Source of the DNA: Malacoraja senta
Lineage: Eukaryota
Reading direction: 5' to 3'
Length of the DNA: 64,000 nucleotides
Assembly (NCBI GenBank): GCA_038087875.1
Contig: CM075989.1
Location: 6,324,001-6,388,000 of the forward strand
Both the position numbers and the translations under genes were made by a program. The notes below the pieces were generated by a model. The model saw only the letters and a program-made list of their open reading frames with translations. It was not told the DNA's origin and did no database searches. Below, in pieces: positions 57,978 to 64,000 of the stretch. Position 1 is the stretch's first letter. Each line of letters opens with the position of its first letter.

Positions 57978-59104
57978 GACTAACATAGGCAACTCTTTCT
58001 CCTCCCCAGCTAATCTCTGCTGTGGGGTTCCACAAGGTTCCATCCTTGGCCCCATTCTCTTCTCCCTGTATATGCTCCCCTTAGGCCAAGTCATTGAAAG
58101 GCACGGCATTTCCTTCCATTGCTACACAGACGATACACAACTCTATCTCCCCCTGAAGTCCAAAAACCAATCAAACCTGTTTAACCTTACCCGCTGCCTC
58201 GAGGATATAAAGTGTTGGATGGCCCAGAACTTCCTCCAACCAAGCGAGAGTAAGTCTGAGGTCATCCTTCCCGGCCCCTCGGACTCAATCAAAATGATAG
58301 CAGGCAGCCTTGGAAGCCTTACCCCACTACTCATACCTCATGTCAAAAACCTTGGCGTGATATTTGACTCAGCACTGAAATTTGACAAACAAGTCAATGC
58401 CGTGGTAAAAGCTAGCTTCTTTCAGCTTCGGACGATAGCTAAAATAAAACAATTCCTCCACTTTGATGACCTCGAAAAGATCATCCACACATTCATCTCC
58501 TCCCGCCTAGATTAATGCAACTCCCTTTACACTGGCATCAGCCAATCTTCCCTGTCCCGCCTGCAACTGGTCCAAAATGCCGCAGCGAGACTCCTGACGG
58601 GCAGCCGAAAAAGGGACCACATCACCCCGATCCTGGCCTCTCTCCACTGGCTCCCTGTGCGGTTCCGTATAAACTTCAAGATCCTCCTCTATGTCTACAA
58701 AGCCCTCAATGGGCTTGCCCCCACCTACATAAAAAGTCTTCTCACCCACCACTCCACCTCCAGGCCCCTCAGATCGGCCGACTTGGGGTTGCTGAATATC
58801 CCGCGGTCTAGGCATAAGCTCAGGGGCGACCGCGCCTTTGCGGTTGCAGCCCCTAGACTGTGGAACAGACAGCATCCCCCTTCCCATCAGAACTGCCCCC
58901 TCCATCGACTCCTTTAAGTCAAGACTAAAAACTCATCTTTACTCTCAAGCCTTTCTTGACGTCCTCTGAGCGAGGGCTACATGTATATATGTATGTAGTT
59001 TGTTTTGTTTGTGCTATTCTTATAACAAATGTAAAGCACTTTGGCCAACGAGAGTTGTTTTTTAAATGTGCTATATAAATAAATGTGACTTGACTTGACT
59101 TGAC
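57978..59104 (+). mobile_element. L2-type LINE 3' fragment inserted in a CR1 3' end
   Basis: GVPQGSILGP..F, HCYTDDTQLY, KNLGVIFD, LHWLPVRFRINFK; (TGACT)n tail; CR1 tail sequence resumes on both sides (57905-57977 and 59105-59435). Confidence 0.9.
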
Positions 59105-62028
59105 AATGTGATCATGGCTGATCATCCCCAATCAGTACCCCATTCCTGCCTTCTCCCCATATCCCCTGACTCCCCTATTTTTAAGAGCCCTATCTAGCTC
59201 TCTCTTGAAAGTATCCAGAGAACCGGCCTCCACCGCCCTCTGAGGCAGAGAATTCCACAGACTCACAAATCTCTGTGAGAAAAAGTGTTTCCTCGTCTCC
59301 GTTCTAAATGGCTTACCCCTTATTCTTAAATTGTGGCCCCTGGTTCTGGACTGCCCAACATCAGGAACATGTTTCCTGTCTCTAGCGTGTCCAAACCCTT
59401 AACAATCTTACATGTTTCAATAAGATCCCCTCTGATCATCCTATTATATACCCGCTGCATATAACATAGAGTTATGTCCCGCTGAGTCGACAGTATCTTC
59501 TTGTTATACCCTCTGTGGGCAAGGCAACGCCACGCAGGTAGAATTGCTGCTTCTGTTCATTGGCAAGTGTAACGAGTCTGGGAAGCTGTAAGGAAAGGGT
59601 CAGCACCAAGGACTGATATTATAGCTATTCCTAATTTTTCTTTAGAGACACAGCATGGAAACCGGCCCTTCGACCCACTGAGTCCACGCCATCACCCATT
59701 CACTCCAGTTCCATGTTATCCCACTTTCTCATCCACTCCCTACACACTAGGGGCGATTTACAGAAAGCAGTTAACCGATAGGCCAGCATGTCTTCGGGAT
59801 GGGTGGGGGGGGGGGGCGGGGAACCGGAGCACCCGTAGGAAACCCACGTGGTCACAGGGAGAACGTGCAGGCTCCACACAGACAGCATCTGAGGTCAGGA
59901 TCGAACCCGGGTCTGTGGTGCCGCGAGGCAGCAGCTCCACCTGTTGTGCCACTGGGGATCAACTCTATTCCCACGAGGGCTCCCTCTTGCTCAAGGTTGG
60001 TCTGTGGACACCATTTGACGAGCCACTGTTAAAGAGTCGTGCAAAATGATGGTTGGCGATTCTCCTCGTGATCGCCATCCTGTTCTCACTCGCCGTCTCT
60101 GCAGGGCCCACCTGGTTTCGTCCAATACAACTCAGGGGCACTGTGGCTAACACTGCTACCCAAGTGGAAGGAAAATTCAACCACTTTGGCATTTAAAATT
60201 TCGACAACTATTTTGGCATTTAAAAGCCTCGCAACATTTAAGAGGGTTTTACATATGCGCATGGATATGTAAGGAATCGAGGGATATGGATCATGTGCAG
60301 ACCAATTAGGTTAGCTTAATTTAGCATCATGTTCAGCACGGATGTTGTGGGCCGAAGGGCCTGTTCTTGTGCTGTACTGTTCTATGTTCTATTGATTTTT
60401 CCTGGTGCATTCTCTCTCAGTGTTATGCAGAGTGGTACTTTTATCCAATATTTTTCAGGGGGGGGGGGGGGGGGGGAAAGCTTTTTAACGAAATATTTGC
60501 TTTCTCACGAATACAAAATGAAGCCCAAATTCGGACAAGAAATATTGAATTGTGAGCCAATTAACTAACTGACCCGCATACACGTCATTGAAGTCAATGC
60601 TTCTTCCCCACCGCTCTTCCATGAACAGCAAAGGAAATTGCTGGCAGATTTTATAGTTGAGTAACAGGCATATTTCACTGCTCTGTAACCCAGCGGCAGC
60701 TGTCTACAACGTGGTGAAACGCTGAGAACTATATTCTGCACTCTGTCTAAGAAGGAACAGCAGATGCTGGAAAATCAAAGGTAGACAAAAATGCTGGAGA
60801 AACTCAGCGGGTGGGGCAGCATCTATGGAGCGAAGGAAATAGGCAACGTTTCGGCCCGAAATGTTGCCTCTTTCTTTCGCTCCATAGATGCTGCCCGACC
60901 CGCTGAGTTTACTCCAACATTTTTGTCTACCTTCTGCAATCTGTCTCTTCCCCTTTGCTCTATCCATTGCACTTGAGTTTGAACTGATATCATCTATATA
61001 TATATATTATATCTGATCGGTTTGGATAACTTTAAGACAAAGCTTTTCACTGTACCTTAGTACAGGTGACAATAGCATAGCTAAACCTTCAGGCCAATTG
61101 CTCTTTCTCAACCCGATTCAAGCATATGATCAGCCATGATCACATTGAATGGCGGTGCTGGCTCGAAGGGCCAAATGGCCTGCTCCTGCACCCATTGTCT
61201 ATTCCACATATTCCGAAGCATTCTACATATTCCGATCCATTCCAATAAATCTCTTTCCAAACATTCAATGAATTGGTTGAGAAAAAGTGAAGAAAGAAAA
61301 ATATTGAGATATGCTTAGTCAGAGGGTGGTGAATCTGTTGAATTCATTGCCACAGAAGGCTGTGGAGGTCAAGTCAAAGGATATTTTTAAGGTGGAGATT
61401 AACAGATTCTTGGTTAGTACGGATGTCAGGGGTTATGAGGTGAGGGCAGGAGAATGGGGTTGAGAGGGAAAGATAGATCAGTCATGATTGAATAGTGTAG
61501 ACTTGATGGGCCAAACGGCCTAATTTTGCTCCTATAACTCATGAACTTATCAACAATGCAAGAGCAAAATAGATCGGTCGGAGTAGGCCTAATGGGCTGA
61601 ATGGCTTAATTCTGCTCCTATGTCTTATGTTATTGTGGTTGTAATATTAATGTGCAAGTATATCATGGAACAATGCAAAGGGTAAGGAGAGGAGAGGAGT
61701 AAGGTCATTGTGTTGTCAGCCCTTGCTCACTGTAAACGGCTCGATTTGGATCATGCATTGTCGTTCTGCTGACTGGATAGCACGCAACAAAAAGCTTTTC
61801 CTTGTACCTCAGTACACGTGACAATAAACTGAACTGAACCGCTGATATGACTCAAACAGGTTGGGATAATCCCAAGTAAAGGTGGGACAGGGGCGCAGCT
61901 GGTGGAGCTCCAGTGACCTGGATTCAATCCTGACCTCTGCTACTGTTTGTGTGGTGTCAGACCATTCTTCCCCTGGGTGCTCTGTGTTCTGTCCACATCC
62001 CAAAGGCATGTAGTTTGGTGGGTGAATG

Positions 62029-62433
62029 CAAAGATCCTGTAGCAAGCAAGATAGATCACTCGACGAAAAAGACGTAGTACGGTCATGGGCTGATTCATGG
62101 GTAATTTTAGGCCCCATTTCCGTAACCGGCTTCCGTCTCCGCACCAAAGATCCCATAGCGGAGCAAAGATAACTAGTGGGGAGACGGAAGCCGGTTACGG
62201 AAACGTCCTGGTAAAAATAAAAGTTATTTGGTAAAAATCTTCTCCTCATTTTCAGAATTATAATTTATTAACACAAACTGTTCCCCCGCAACGTTGATTA
62301 CACTGCGAGACGAGTCGAGTCGGGTTACTGAAATGGATGAAAAAAAGGCCCACGTTCTGCTACGTTGCGTACTACACGTCAGCCCATTGCATCTAGCAGG
62401 AGTGGTCTATCTTGCTCCACTATAGGATCTTTG
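62029..62433. mobile_element. P-element-like MITE (CAAAG...CTTTG termini, ~33-bp TIR, 8-bp TSD)
   Basis: caaagatcctgtagcaagcaagatagatcactc / gagtggtctatcttgctccactataggatctttg; TSD ggtgaatg / ggttaatg. Confidence 0.75.
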
Positions 62434-62654
62434 GGTTAATGGGCCACTGTGAACGGGCCCTCGTGTGTGAGTGAGGGCGAGAACAGGAAGGGAATAGTTA
62501 CGATGGTTTATTGTCACGTGTACCGAGGTGCAGTGAGTAGCTTTTTTGTTGCGTGCTATCCAGTGAGCAGAAAGACCATACAGGATTACAATCAAGCCAT
62601 CCACAGTATACAGATACAGGACAAAGGGAATAACAGTTAGTGCAAGGTAAAAGG

Positions 62655-63423
62655 AAATGCTGCTGTTGGAGTAGAGGTTTCAAAGAGTGAGTTGGGAAAA
62701 GGGGATGTACAACGGGATCTGGGGGGTCCTTGTTCATCAGTCTATGAAAGTAAGCATGCAGGTACAGCAGGCAGTGAAGAAAGCGAATGGCATGTTGGCC
62801 TTTATAACAAGAGGAATCTAGTATAGGAGCAAAGAGGTCCTTCTGCAGTTGTACAGAGCCCTAGTGAGATCACACCTGGAGTATTGTGTGCAGTTTTGGT
62901 CCCCTAATTTGAGGAAGGACATTCTTGCTATTGAGGGAGTGCAACGTAGGTTTACAAGGTTAATTCCCGGGATGGCGGGACTGTCATATGGTGAGAGAGT
63001 GGAGCAGCTGGGCTTGTACACTCTGGAGTTAAGAAGGATGAGAGGGGATCTCATTGAAACATATAAGATTGTTAAGGGTTTGGACACGCTAGAGGCAGGA
63101 AACATGTTCCCGATGTTGGGGGAGTCCAGAACCAGGGGCCACAGTTTAAGAATAAGGAGTAAGCCATTTAGAACGGAGACGAGGAAACACTTTTTCTCAC
63201 AGAGAGTTGTGAGTCTGTGGAATTCTCTGCCTCAGAGGGCGGTGGAGGCCGGTTCTCTGGATACTTTCAAGAGAGAGCTAGATAGGGCTCTTAAAGATAG
63301 CGGTCAGGGGATATGGGGAGAAGGCAGGAACGGGGTACTGATTGGGGATGATCAGCCATGATCACATTGAATGGCGGTGCTGGCTCGAAGGGCCGAATGG
63401 CCTACTCCTGCACCTATTGTCTG
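62655..63423 (+). mobile_element. CR1 3' fragment
   Basis: ORF 62849..63361 YRALVRSHLEYCVQFWSP...RVVSLWNSLP. Confidence 0.9.
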
Positions 63424-64000
63424 TTGAGTGGAGCGATTGCAGATCCACTTCTGGGACCAGCGGGCAGAGTCTCCTGGCTTGGGCGCCATCTTGGATCAAT
63501 GTGGAGGGAATTGGTTACGGAGAATTGTAGGGATGGAGCGGGATTTGTGCAGTCGGCTGCCTGAATAGTCTCCTTCCGTGTCACAAAAGAGCTGTGGCCC
63601 TCCACTGATCCGAGGTCAGGGACTGGATCACTCGCTGAATGCCACAGTGGAAACCCACCATGCTTGCCATGTGTCAAGAGCGTTTTATCGTCATATATGT
63701 CCCAGATAGAACAATGAAATCCTTACGTGCAGCAGCGCAGCAGAATATGTAAAAATGTAATAAACAAAAAGAAAAGTTCTTAAGGAACTGCAGATGCTGG
63801 AAAATCGAAGATACACAAAAATGCTGGAGAAACTCAGCGGGTGCAGCAGCATCTATGGAGTGAAGGAAATAGGCAACGTTTCGGGCCGAAACCCTTCTTC
63901 AGTCTATTTCCTTCGCTCCATAGACGCTGCTGCACCCGCTGAGTTTCTCCAGCATTTTTGTGTACCTAACAAGAAAAGTTCAGTGTGTGTATATAGACAC

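Noticed and set aside
57868..64000. Further upstream CHD2 exons (e.g. ...QARAHRIGQKKQ)
   Set aside because: No matching coding segment found by eye; the region is repeats and intron, so the next exon is presumably beyond the window.

Overview
Repeat-dense vertebrate genomic DNA, most likely from an elasmobranch (shark/skate/ray), inferred from abundant HE1-type tRNA-derived SINEs alongside CR1, L2, Rex1, L1/Tx1 and Penelope retroelements. The one gene I can support is the 3' half of CHD2 on the minus strand: 18 GT-AG coding exons from 57867 down to the stop at 23585. They splice in frame to 2721 nt (906 aa plus stop), running [10 protein letters not shown]... to ...[10 protein letters not shown]; upstream exons lie beyond the window. 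Most notable observations: (1) a candidate 71-nt poison (NMD) exon in CHD2 (41211-41281) with a consensus branch point and an in-frame stop; (2) many Penelope pLTR copies carrying a minimal hammerhead-ribozyme core, often as long fold-back inverted repeats inside CHD2 introns; (3) three kinds of non-autonomous DNA transposon (P-like, hAT-like, TTAA-flanked); (4) several nested or same-site insertions with readable target-site duplications; (5) candidate 3' ends for CHD2 and for a convergent neighbouring gene. Repeat boundaries were read by eye and are approximate. Exon numbering assumes the 39-exon human structure, counted back from the last exon.
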